47,594 nucleotides of DNA. Source: Malacoraja senta. Lineage: Eukaryota. The stretch covers positions 124,001 through 171,594 of the forward strand of contig JAXLNO010000263.1 of NCBI GenBank assembly GCA_038087875.1, written 5' to 3'. Shown piece by piece: positions 35,741 to 47,079 of the stretch (the first letter of the stretch is position 1; each line of letters starts with the position of its first letter). The notes under the pieces were generated by a model. The model was not told where the DNA came from, made no database searches, and worked only from the letters and a program-made list of their open reading frames with translations. Position numbers and translations under genes: made by a program.

Positions 35741-37056
35741 GTATTTCCTGATTACCATACCTGTTCACATCCCCAACACACCTTATCCATTACCTGTCTC
35801 CTTATTAGCCTTTCTTGAAATCCCCCTTAAGATCCCTCCCTCCCTTGGGGACCCCAGTCCTGTCTGGGCTTATATCCAGATTTATTTCACTCCTGATAGG
35901 GCATTTGAGGAAACACTCCTCCAAAGACATTTCTTATTGGCATGGAATTCTCTGGCCCCTGTTTGGCTCTGTCATAGGACTCACTGTGTGTTGGTGCATC
36001 ACTTATTTCAGTCTTTTCAACCAGGTCTGTTGTTATTGACAACATTGTCTTTCCTTTTTTCACGCTCTTTCTTTTTGAGCTCTTCAAGTTACATTTACAA
36101 CACTTTTCTCTGCACCTCTTCCTGCTGGTCTGCAAGTCTTTTTCATATCTTTGCGATATTTCTCGACCTCATTAACCAAATGATCGCTGAATCTGGGGTG
36201 GGAAATAGATGACAATCCAACCACCTCCTCCAATCTAGACTTGACTTTAGGAGGAATGACATCCACCACAGTGGTTCAGAATATAGTGTTCATTAACTGG
36301 TTGCCTTCTATTTCTTGTTCATTTTCAAGTCTCCACCTTTTCAGCTGGTTCTCCAGATAGGCTGCTGGATTATTTGCCTCTCCCAGTGGATCTCCCCTTT
36401 ATTCCTTGGGGTCCACCTTAAGTGGGTAACATTGTCTGAGGGCCTGCCATACCCTCTGCCTGACTGTGTCAAACAGCATGCCATTGTTTATTACATTGTT
36501 CACATCATTTTTATACCAGCCATCTTCAGGAGTTCTGTCAGTTTAGTGGTTCCTATCACTTTCACCAACAGTGCCTTCAAATCTCCATAGCCAATAATCA
36601 TCCTGCATTCTCTTCCTCCAGAGCCCTAATCCATTTCCTGCCCCATCAGGAATATTGGGTAAGGTATATATATATTTTTTAGCCCTCTCAGTTTATGGGT
36701 GCCCCAAAGGATAATCTGTGTCTGTCCTGCTCTTTTCTTTTTAAAGCAGTCTCATCAATTTATCCCTCTGCTTTCCACTTTAATCCTTTCTGGTAAGCCT
36801 TCTTTCTTATTCTAAACTCAATTTCTTACTTTTCAGATAATCTAGCCTCCTTTGCAAATATCTTTTAAAATCTTCCACTGACTCCTCCTGATTTTTACTT
36901 TCACACCTGTCGTTTCCTAATTCTGTTGCCTCCTCACTGCCTCTCTCTCCTTTCTTTCTGAACTGCCTAAGTGCATCTACTTCCTTTCCATTCTGCTTTT
37001 CTCACCTTTCCAACTTATCTGTGGGCATATAATTCATAATTAACACTTCCATCTTG
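35740..37056 (-). pseudogene. gag: ERV gag remnants
   Basis: Position between leader and pol; Lys/Glu-rich fragments and a truncated CWGC knuckle near 35770. Confidence 0.55.
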
Positions 37057-37228
37057 TCACACTTTTATCTTTTTTTTTTTTTTTTTTGAAAATATTTTTT
37101 ATTGGAGATAAGTACATAACCTATTAACATCATTACAGTCTTACATTTTTAAATTGATAATATTATCAATTATTATTACATTGTCTCCAATACCTTTTGC
37201 CTTTTTTTTAATTTTAAACTAGATAGAA

Positions 37229-40200
37229 CTAAAAAGATAGATGAAGTAAAGAAAGAAAAGATAGAGATGAGAAAGAGAAAAAAAAACAAAAAACAAAAAA
37301 CAAAAACAAAAAAAAACAAAAGAGAAAGATAGTTAAAGAAGAGTGGAAAAATTTATTAAAATAAAAAAACTTCATTCGAGATATATTCGTACATTTCAGA
37401 ATATAGCATTTCATCCATTTTTTAGCCCGAGCATTCTGACCCTTTAAATAATCAATAAAGGGAGACCATGTTCCAACGAATAATTCCTGTTTGTCCAACA
37501 GGGAAAATCTGATTCTTTCCACGTTTAAGGTCTCCGTCATTTCTATAATCCACATTTTGATTGTGGGGGCCGTAGGGCCTTTCCAAAATTTTAGAATTAA
37601 TTTTTTTCCTGTTATTATACTATAATCAATAAAGTTTCTTTGTGTTGTTGTAAATGTTTGATTTAATTCTGATGTTCCGAGTATTATAAATTTTGGATCC
37701 GGGTCCACTTGTGTGCTGGTCACTTTAGATATTATACTAAAAATATTTACCCAGAATTTTTTAATTTTTGTACAGTTTGCAAACATATGAGATAAGGTAG
37801 CTTCTAAATGTTGACATTTATCACATATAGGTGAGATATGTTGAAAGATTTTATGTAATTTTGTTTTTGAATAATGTAATCTATGTATTACTTTAAATTG
37901 TATTAAAGAATGTCTGGCATTTAATGAACATTGATGTATATGTTGTAAACTTTCTTCCCAAGTATCTTTCGTTATTATTTGATTTAATTCTTTTTCCCAT
38001 GTTTGTCTGTGTAAGTCCGTCGATGGAATGTCACTGTCTAATAAGATATTATATATATAAGATATTAATTTTTCTGTATTAGGATGTTTATTCCAACATT
38101 CGTCAAGAATTTCTGAATTTCTAATTCGAAAGTTTTGAGTATTCGATTTTACATAATCTCTGAGTTGAAGATATCTGAAATAATCATTTCCTCGAAGTCC
38201 ATAAGTCTGTTGCAACTCCTGAAATGTCAGAAAAGTGCCTTCCTTATAAAGTTGTCCCATATTTTTAATTCCATAATTCTTCCATTGTGTAAAACCCCTG
38301 TCCAACCATGAGGGTTTAAACAAAGGGTTATTCACAATTGGGAGAAAAAGTGATAAATTATCTAATTTTAATGTCTTTTTTAATTGTTTCCAAATTCGTA
38401 CGGCACTAAATATTATAGGGTTTTCCCCATAAATTTTTTTGTTTAATTTAGATGTAGCAAATAATATCGAACCGATATCAAAAGGCAAACAATCTTCCTT
38501 TTCCATTTTTAACCAATCTGGTTGTTGTTCTATTTCTTCCAACCAGAAATTTATATTTTTAATATTAACTGCCCAAAAATAAAACAGAAAGTTGGGTAAA
38601 ACCAAACCTCCATTTATTTTTGATTTACACAAATGTCTTTTGTTTATCCTATGATTCTTATAATCCCAGATAAAATCATTAACAATAGAGTCCAATTTAA
38701 AAAAAAAGTTTTTTGACAAATATATCGGAATTGTCTGAAAAAGGTATAATATTTGCGGTAAAAAAATCATTTTTATGGCATTAATTTTGCCAATCATTGA
38801 GATAGGAAGTGTTTTCCAGTATTGAATATTCTTATGTAGTTTATTCGGTAATGGGGGAATATTTGCTTTAAATAATGATGTATATATCTTAGTTACATAG
38901 ATACCTAGGTATTTAAATTTTTCGTTTACTATTTTAAATGGAAATTGTTGTATTATGTGTTTGTTATGCTCCCTTATTGGCATAATTTCACTTTTATTCC
39001 AATTTATTCTGTATCCTGAGAGTGAACCAAATTGGGTTATTAGCTCTAATAAGTTTGGAATACTCATTTCTGGTTTTGTAATGTAAATTAGTACATCATC
39101 TGCGTATAGAGAAATTTTATTCACTGTGTCCTTTGTGATATACCCATATATTTCCGGATGACCCCTAACTCTTTCTGCAAGTGGCTCAATAGCTAGCGCA
39201 AATAATAATGGAGATAACGGGCATCCTTGTCTACAACCTCTAGATAGGCTGAATTTTGATGACAACCTTTGATTTGTTAATATTCTAGCCGTAGGATTTG
39301 TATATAACAGTTTTATCCATGTACAGAATTTCTCCCCTAGTTGCACATTTTCCATCACTGAAAATAAATAAGACCATTCAACCTGATCAAATGCTTTTTC
39401 AGCATCGAGTGAGATTATTGCTAGATCTTCATTAATAATTCTCTTAGAATAAATAATATTAAATAATCTTCTTAGATTATAATATGAGTACCGTTTCTGA
39501 ATAAAGCCTGTTTGGTCAGGGTGTATTATTTTATTCATCACTGTACTTAATCTATGCGCTAGTATTTTAGTTAATATTTTCTGATCTGTATTTAAAAGTG
39601 CAATTGCTCTATATGATCCCAGATCTTCCGGATCTTTATCAGCTTTAGGAATAAGTGTTATTATAGATTCATTTAAAGTATCTGGGAGTTTCTGTTGAGT
39701 ATAGATATGCTCATACAGCCTTTGTAAACGTGGGCATAGCAAGTCATAACATTTTTTATAAAATTCAGAGCCTAAACCATCTGGTCCTACTGCTTTACCA
39801 TTTTTTAAAGAGCCAATAGACTCCTCAATATCCTTTATCGTAATCTCCCTTTCTAATAATTCTCTATCATTTGAATCTAAACCTTTTAAATTACATTTTA
39901 GTAAAAAATCTGCTATTCCTTCCGTTTGTGTTACAGTTTTAGTTGAATAAAGGTTATGATAGTATTGGAGAAATCTTTCATTTATGTCCTTGGGCATTTT
40001 TAATAATTCTCCTGTCTCTGTTCTAATTTTATGAATTATTTTTTCCCCTTCCATTTTTCGTAACTGACGTGCTAATAGTTTTTGTGGTTTGTCTCCAAAT
40101 TCAAAATGTAATTGTTTGGTTTTTTGATAAAGTTTTATTACTTGTTCTGAATACATTTTATTTAATTTATATTTCAATACAGCAATTTTATTATGTTTTG

Positions 40201-40999
40201 AGATAGATGGCATTCTCGCATTGTCTAAATCTAGGTGTGTCAGGGTTATCATTTAGGTGTGTCAGGGTTATCATTTACCTCAAAAAATATTTGAATCTGT
40301 TTAATAATATATTCCTGGCATGATCTTTCGTTCAAGATTTGTGGGTTAAATCTCCAATATGTTTGTTTCTCGGACATTCCATTTAATTTAATCATAAATG
40401 TTACAGGTGCGTGGTCTGAGATTATAATATTATGGTATTTTGAGTTATAAGTAAATGGGATAAACGTGAAGTCAACTAAAAAATAATCTATTCTTGAGTA
40501 TGTTTTGTGTACTGGAGAGTAAAATGAATATTCCCGTCCAGTTGGATTTTCTATTCTCCAGACATCCTTAATATTAGTGGTATTAATAAATGAATTTAAA
40601 TGTTTTATTAAAGAACATAGGGTTATCAAAATTAGGCCCATATACATTCAGAAGAATCACTTTTTCTCCATTTAGCTCTCCAATTAATATAATATATCTA
40701 CCATCAATATCCGCTATTATTGATAAATTCGTAAAAGGTATCCCTTTACGAATTAATATTGCAACTCCTCTGGACTTATGGGAAAAGGAGGAATGATATG
40801 ATTCAGCGATCCACTTAGCTTTAAGTCTGTGTTGAGATTCCTTTTTAAGGTGTGTTTCTTGAAGGAATATAATATCTGCTTTGATTAAATTTAGATGTGC
40901 CAAGACTTTACCTCTCTTAATTGGTTCATTGATTCCCTTGACATTCCAACTACAAAATGTTATTCCCTGACCCCCTCTTATCATACTAACATCTTGCAT
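37229..40999 (-). pseudogene. L1 ORF2 (APE endonuclease, RT, C-terminal CCHC), two lesions in the N-terminal part
   Basis: SWNVKGIN, FLQETH, SRIDYFL, SDHAP, SLDAEKAFD, GCRQGCPLSPLLF, LYADD and CDKC..HMFANC. Frame breaks near 40590 and 40250. Confidence 0.93.
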
Positions 41000-41420
41000 A
41001 TTGTTTCTAAGGTGGTCTATAACCGAGCAGAAGGTGCAACACATAAAACCTGACCTTGCTCCTGAACCTCAAATAGATGAATTTAAAATCATATACATCG
41101 TTCTTCCGAACACATCTCCTTGTATTATTCTTGTTTTTCCATTCAAACATGAAGTTATAAAAATATTTAAAGTGAAAAAAGTGATAGAATTGGTTAGTAT
41201 AGGGTGAAAGAAAAAAAACTACATCTACAATTAGTGTAGTTAGTGATAGCCACACTAACGTGGCTAGAATTCTAAAGACTTCCGTAGCCTTTGTAAAAAA
41301 AAAAAATTCCCAGCTCCGTGCCGAAAAAAAGAAGATTATTTCTAACAATCAAATAATTTATTTGGGAGTAACAAACATATATACATACCCATACATACGC
41401 ACACATATACATACATACAT

Positions 41421-41424
<4 letters not shown>

Positions 41425-41473
<49 letters not shown>
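41425..41473. repeat. (TA)n microsatellite in the L1 inter-ORF spacer
   Basis: Seen directly. Confidence 0.95.
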
Positions 41474-41475
<2 letters not shown>

Positions 41476-41926
41476 CACATGCATACATATATAAGCACGC
41501 ATCCCTGCAGAAAAGTCCTAGAACAGCATAAATTCATAATGTTATTATTCTCTACATATCATATTAATATCCTCGCTAAATCTATAAATTTAATTTTTAA
41601 TTGAGAAATAATTAGTTATTAATCATTGTTATCAATCATACCCAGTATTAAATTTTTATGAGTAATATAAATGTTAATAATTTTAGTAGTAATATAGATA
41701 TTTAATAAGTATTAGTTATTACATATATAGTTAGATATGAATATACAGATAATAATAGTGATTAATAAAAATATTTAAAAAAATAATTAAAAAACCACGG
41801 TTTTCTCCAATGTCCACCGTCCATTCGGTTTTCAAATGTCCTTAAAGCTCTTAAAAGAACTTTAAAGATCCTTTTAGATCTGGCGGTCCCGTTAATCCTT
41901 GACTCCTGAAGGGTAATGTAAATTCT

Positions 41927-43005
41927 TCAGTCTGCGGTCACGTTCCCAATTTTTTTGGCAAATTCCAGTGCTTTCTCATGGTCTGTAAAAAATTGCTCCT
42001 TGTTCTTGTAGGTGACTCTTAGTCTTGCGGGGTAGAGCAGGCCGTATCTCAAATCAGGTACATTCTTTAGTATTCTTTTTGTCTCAGTGAACAGCGCCCT
42101 TTTCTTGAAGACCTCTGCCGGATAATCTCGGTAGATACTGAACCTCACACCTTCAAAATTGAGCTGTCCGCCTCGGACAATTTTCTTCATTATTTCGTCA
42201 AATTCATGATCCAGTTGCAACTTTACGATAATTTGTCTTGGATGGGCATCATCTTGTGTACGACGCCGCTGCGCTCTATGAGCTCGACCGAGTAAAGGTT
42301 TTTGATCCAATTTTAAGACTTTTTGTAGTAGGTCTGCCACAAAATCCCGAGGGCCCATTTCCCTCTCACTTCCTTCTTTCACCCCTACAATTCTTAGATT
42401 CTTACGTCTTTGACGCACCTCCAAATCGGTACATTTATCACTTAATTTGATCACCATATCGGTGAGGCGTTGGTTTTCAATAATGAGTCGACCTACAGTT
42501 TCCCCACTTGTCGCCGCCCATTTCTCAAGTTCGGTTATCGCTGTTCTATGTTGTTCGAGTTCTTGATGAATGGGGTCCACCTCCATTTTAACGCTCGCTT
42601 CCACCGAAACGAGCCTTGCTTCCAGCACTTCCATCTGTTCCTTGACCTCCATATAACCATATAACCATATAACCATATAACCATAACAGCACGGAAACAG
42701 GCCATCTCGGCCCTTCAAGTCCGTGCCGAACATTTGAATTTAAAATGTACCTTAAAAGAGTTAAGTTCCTCTTTAAAATCCTCTTTAAAATTCTCTCCAA
42801 AGGTTTTCAATTCAGCAGCGAGAAAAGCTTTAAGATCATCCATTTCAGTCTTTTTCTGCTTTGTTTTCTTCGGAGGGTCTTCCTGGGCAGTCATTGTAAC
42901 TGAGGCCGAGGCCTCAGTTGGGCCTTCCTCTTCCATCGGTGGGGGTTTCCCTTTAGCGGGTTTTTTTTGTGTCCCACGGGAGGGGGGGGAACGTTGTAAC
43001 GACAT
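41927..43005 (-). pseudogene. L1 ORF1p (coiled coil, RRM, CTD), frameshifted by a 101-bp insert
   Basis: DLEVRQRRKNLRIVGVKEG, RAHR, IYRDY, KKRALF and YPARLRV. Confidence 0.9.
42650..42750 (-). mobile_element. CR1 extreme 3' tail inserted in L1 ORF1
   Basis: gttcggcacggacttgaagggccgagatggcctgtttcc plus (ggttatat)n; same 3' end type as 1870-1931. Confidence 0.88.
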
Positions 43006-44116
43006 ACCGTCCAAGTCGCGCTCCTGATGACGTCACGCTGCAGGCAGCCGTTCAGATCGCGATCGCTGCAGGTAAGACCCGATTTTCTCCCGTTTTCAGT
43101 TTTCTTCGGCACGGAGCTAGTTGGCGCTGGACTCAAGCCTCCATAGCGCCACCGGAAGTCCCCTCACATTTATCTTGAAAGTGCCTTCCTTGGGCCACTT
43201 CCTCACAATTTTTTCTTAAAATCTCAGCAAACAATCATTATCCTTCTCCAACCATAATGTTTACCATTTAAAAAAAAAACCATAAAAGCTGGTCATGTTT
43301 CAGCAATTAACTTATTTCCAATTATTTCAATCCATTCTCACCACTATTACTAGTAACAATTTTCCAAATTAACATAACTGAAAAGAAATATAAAAGAAAC
43401 ATCAGAAAAACCAAGCAACCTCCATTTTCCAACTTTCCCCTTTTAAGTTACCAGGATACAAAGTGTTAAACGTTAACTTACAGCAGTTCGTAACCTTCCC
43501 CATTGCTTACAATCTCTTAAAGGACTTATCACATATATGAACTTCCTCATTCATTCAAAATGGTTTTACACACAAATCACATTCGTTCCATTCTTACTTC
43601 AAAGAAATTATACAATTTTCTACACAGATTAAAGTTTATATAAACACATTAACATTAATATAATTCTTATCTCCCTTTTAAGTTAAAGTAGGATGGTCTA
43701 ATCCCCTATCAGTCAGGTCCCTGAGCGCTGTGATTGGACATTGATTCAGATCATGATTAGTCAGACTCACCGTCACTCAAATTCTAACCACACCCCACTA
43801 AGATCACAACCAATCAAAATCCTAGTCACTCAACATCTGACCACACGCCACTCCCATTAATTTCCAGACAAAGGAAGCACATTTTGTCTTGAACTTCAGA
43901 GGAGGCTGAGAGACCAAGCAGCAGAAAGAATGCAGCAAATTTATCTCCACAAACAGTTAAGAAACTCAGTCGTTACACCTCCTCCATCCTTGTAGTCACT
44001 ATATTACCTTAATATATTCTTATTGCTATATAACCTTACACTATTCTTATTGCTATTCTACTATATTTTATCACTGTGTACACTTCCTGTTACTCACTTA
44101 CCTTAAATTCGTATTT

Positions 44117-44398
44117 TGCCCGTACAAACCCTTAGTCACCTAAGGTGGTATCCACAAAATACTTTATTCTGCCCGTACAAACCCTTGCCCTCTCAGGGTG
44201 GTATCCACAGAATGCCCTATTCTGCCCGTACAAACCCCTGCCCTTTCAGGGTGGTATCCACAGAATGCCTGCCTCGTCCTTGCAACCCCTGATCTCTCAG
44301 GGTGGTATCCACGAGGTCTAATAAACTCTTACCTGCCTCGTCCGTGCAACCTCTGACCTCTCAGGGTGGTATCCACGAGGTCTCAATAAACTCTTAAT
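44117..44398. repeat. Tandem ~50-60 bp repeats in the ERV 5' leader
   Basis: ggtggtatccac occurs five times and gcccgtacaaaccc three times. Confidence 0.85.
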
Positions 44399-44707
44399 AA
44401 TATCACACAATGCAATGCTGTACTTTCTTATCACAAATATTATTTACTCACCACACAGCGCAGCCTTCTCGGACAATCCTCCGGGCCTCCTTTTTAGAAC
44501 AATTTAGTGCCAGATTCTTGGGTCGGAGAGACCTTCTAACTACCTAGGCACTTCTGTGCCCCAATGGCTTCCCATGTTCAACAGGTTATTAGTCCAAATG
44601 AAGCGGAAAACCGCATAATTTTATAGGTGGCCACCCTTTTCCTGTTGTGCCAAGAGGGGCTGGGAAATGCCCTGTCTGTTTGTCTTTTAATTAACGGTCT
44701 CTTACCG

Positions 44708-44725
44708 ACCCTGCTCGCTGCACCA
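44708..44725 (-). promoter_or_regulatory. Primer-binding site, tRNA-Ser(UGA)-like
   Basis: TGGTGCAGCGAGCAGGGT, 4 nt inside the 5' LTR. Complementary, with one mismatch, to the vertebrate tRNA-Ser 3' end ACCCUGCUCGCUGCGCCA as I recall it. Confidence 0.82.
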
Positions 44726-44729
44726 ATTT

Positions 44730-45263
44730 TGTCGTGGTTTTAAGACTCAAAGTTTGGATAAGATGACACAGACACGGAGAATTCTTCAAGAAGACGAAAA
44801 GCCTTTATTTGCAAACAACTTTTGGTTTGGAACATTCAGAGACACGGCCTGGTCTCTTTCTAATTGTTCTCTGATCTACGGAAACAAGCACCATTTTATT
44901 ACACTCTTTCAGCCTTATCTTTGGCTACTTGTTATGCATGCTTCTATAACTTTAATCTCTCACTATGTCCTTGCTCTTTAACTTTAATCTCTGAGCCGAC
45001 CATGGCGTACTAACTAAAGCAAAATAAAAAACAAGACGTAGCTTGTTTTTGTGCCGTGATGTCTGTTCACATAAAAATAGCTTTAATAAATGTTTCAAGC
45101 ACATTACTAGATAAATGTTAAATGCTGCAAAACTAACAATCACGTGAGTCTGAGTACAATAAGCTGATGTCTGATTACATAAAATAGCTGACATCTCAAC
45201 TGGCTATGATGAATGTTATAATTATTTGTTCTTCTATATAATTTCTTATATAACTTCTATATA
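44730..45263 (-). repeat. ERV 5' LTR
   Basis: Followed by the PBS; termini TA...CA. Confidence 0.93.
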
Positions 45264-46779
45264 TCTTCTGTCACCGCACCTGAATCTAATGATGAATCAT
45301 ATATCTCAGCCAGGATGCCTGCAATTTCATCTCAAGCTTCCCAAGGTGTCCTCAGATATACCTGATCATGTCTGGGAGAATTATCTATCTTAACACACTC
45401 TAGCACGTTCAGTATCTCCTTGACCGTAATACAGACTGTCCTCAATACAGACCGAAGAAGGGTCTCAACCTGAAACTTCACCTATTCCTTTTCTTCAGAG
45501 ATGCTGTCTGATCGTTGAGTTACTCCAGCATTTTGTATCAATCTTCTGATCTCACGACACATGTATTAACTGTTCCAAGTTCCACAGTCTTTATGTGTTT
45601 CTCCACAGTAAAACCATGGGTGAAATACTCATTGAGGACTTTGCCCATCTCCTGTGGATCCACACAGTGATGACCACTTTGGCTTCTGAGGGGCCCTATC
45701 GTTTCTCTAGTCACCCTCTTTTCCTAAAATCTCCTAAAGACATAAAATCTCTTTGGATTTACCTTAACTTTATCTAGCAGAACTATCTCCTGCCCCCTTT
45801 TATGCCCTTCGGCTCTCCTTCTTAATTATGCTTCTCAGTTCCTGAAGCTCCTCCAGGGATACACTTGATCCCAGCTACCTACCTCTTCCACCAGCACCTC
45901 AATTTCTCTTCTGAATTGCTTCAAGTTTCTTCTGAATTGAATACAGAAACTTGGTTGCAGTCTGCCCTAACACTGGGGAAGGTGTGCATTCAGTGGTGGC
46001 TGTGGGACCTGGAGTCTCTCCCCAAGAGCAATGGTCCTGGTCCCAGGCTCTCCGCACCTTGGAGCCCAGTCAATACCTTCCCCTCTCTCTTCCCGCCTGT
46101 CTGAATGAGAGCCTGTAGACTGTGTGCAACACCCGCTGGTTTGTAGCTTTGTCGGTGGTCGTCACCAGTTCCCCGGGTTGAGCCTGAAGCCGTGCGGTCG
46201 GGGGGAAACTGGACGTGGCTCGCAGGCAGCACAGCACAGAACTGTCTCCAACGGCCGATCAACGTCAATGCCACAGATAAAGTGATATCAGTACCAGCCC
46301 TCCGTGTGGTACCAGATACCACAAGGAACTGCTGAACTTTATACAATATCAACTATTACAAAATACTATGACCACCGTGAGCTCTGTACTCGAACACAGG
46401 TTTAACTATTTAGTTTAGTTTAGAGATACAGAGTCCGCACTGACCAGCAATCCCCACACATTAACAATGGCTCGAAGGGCCGAATGGCCTACTCCTGCAC
46501 CTATTGTCTATTGTCTAATACCCTACACACACTAGGGATATTTTACATTATCTATCTTTTGCATCTTGATTGTTTGTTCATAGGTAGGTCTCCAGTGACT
46601 AATGTTTTTTCCAGCATCCCATTAACTGCCATCTCAAGATATGGCTGTTATTATCTGCTTTCTCTCATTTAATCTAATTTGAAACTAGAGGATATTTCCA
46701 TGGATCGCAAGGATTTTCCTTCGCTGCTTTGTCACCCACATTGGACATTGTCAGGTCCCTAGTAAAATTCATGTTGACT

Positions 46780-47045
46780 ACATTTAGTACACTATCCTAA
46801 TTAACACCCCTCTTCTTTTCATCCCGGGCCTTTGTTTATCCATCTGCCTATTAAGTACCTCCCTCAACTATATATGCTTATCACTTACCAAGCTTGGTCT
46901 CATCCCACCTCTTATCCAGCTTTCTCCCCCCACCACAATCAGTCTGACGAAGGGTCCCAACCCAAAACATGTAGCTGCAGAACACGCTGAGTTACTTCAG
47001 CACTTTGTGTCTATCTTTGTTATAAACCAGCATCTGCAGTTCCTT
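46780..47045 (+). mobile_element. Decayed Penelope 3' repeat remnant
   Basis: caatcagtctgacgaagggtccc..gctgagttacttcagcactttgtg. Confidence 0.6.
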
Positions 47046-47079
47046 GTTTCTGCAGCTCCTTGCTTTTATATCCCTTATC

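Larger units (their letters stand above)
37072..43163 (-). mobile_element. Full-length L1-clade LINE inserted in ERV gag
   Basis: 5' end ggggacttccgg, ORF1, ~930-nt spacer, ORF2 and poly(A). Imperfect TSD tcacacttttatctt (37057-37071) and tcacatttatctt (43164-43176). Confidence 0.95.
31474..45263 (-). mobile_element. Full-span defective class I ERV provirus (LTR-PBS-leader-gag-pol-env remnants-PPT-LTR) with nested L1 and CR1 (copy 2)
   Basis: Two ~535-bp LTRs, tRNA-Ser PBS, RT motif LIQYVDDLLV (YVDD at 35558-35569), integrase remnant, env TM and PPT. Confidence 0.95.
22558..46361 (+). repeat. Local tandem duplication X-Y-X-Y-X (unit ~2.35 kb without insertions; X ~430 bp starting at 22558, 29489 and 45931)
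   Basis: Near-identical blocks. Unit A 22558-29488 contains DIRS-B, unit B 29489-45930 contains the ERV, and partial unit C is 45931-46361. Confidence 0.92.

Noticed and set aside
37229..37440. Hydrophobic Phe-rich C-terminal extension of L1 ORF2 as a membrane anchor
   Set aside because: It is read-through into the T-rich 3'UTR beyond the usual WxPF end.
41260..41604. ORFs in the L1 spacer
   Set aside because: They are produced by the (TA)n microsatellite (IYIYIY).
42720..42730. tccgtgccgaa in the CR1 tail, matching the L1 long-range helix motif
   Set aside because: It is part of the ordinary CR1 3'UTR (compare ~1872-1882), so it is most likely coincidental.
44117..44398. CRISPR-like repeat array
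   Set aside because: The inter-repeat sequences are themselves homologous, there are no cas genes, and the context is a vertebrate ERV leader.
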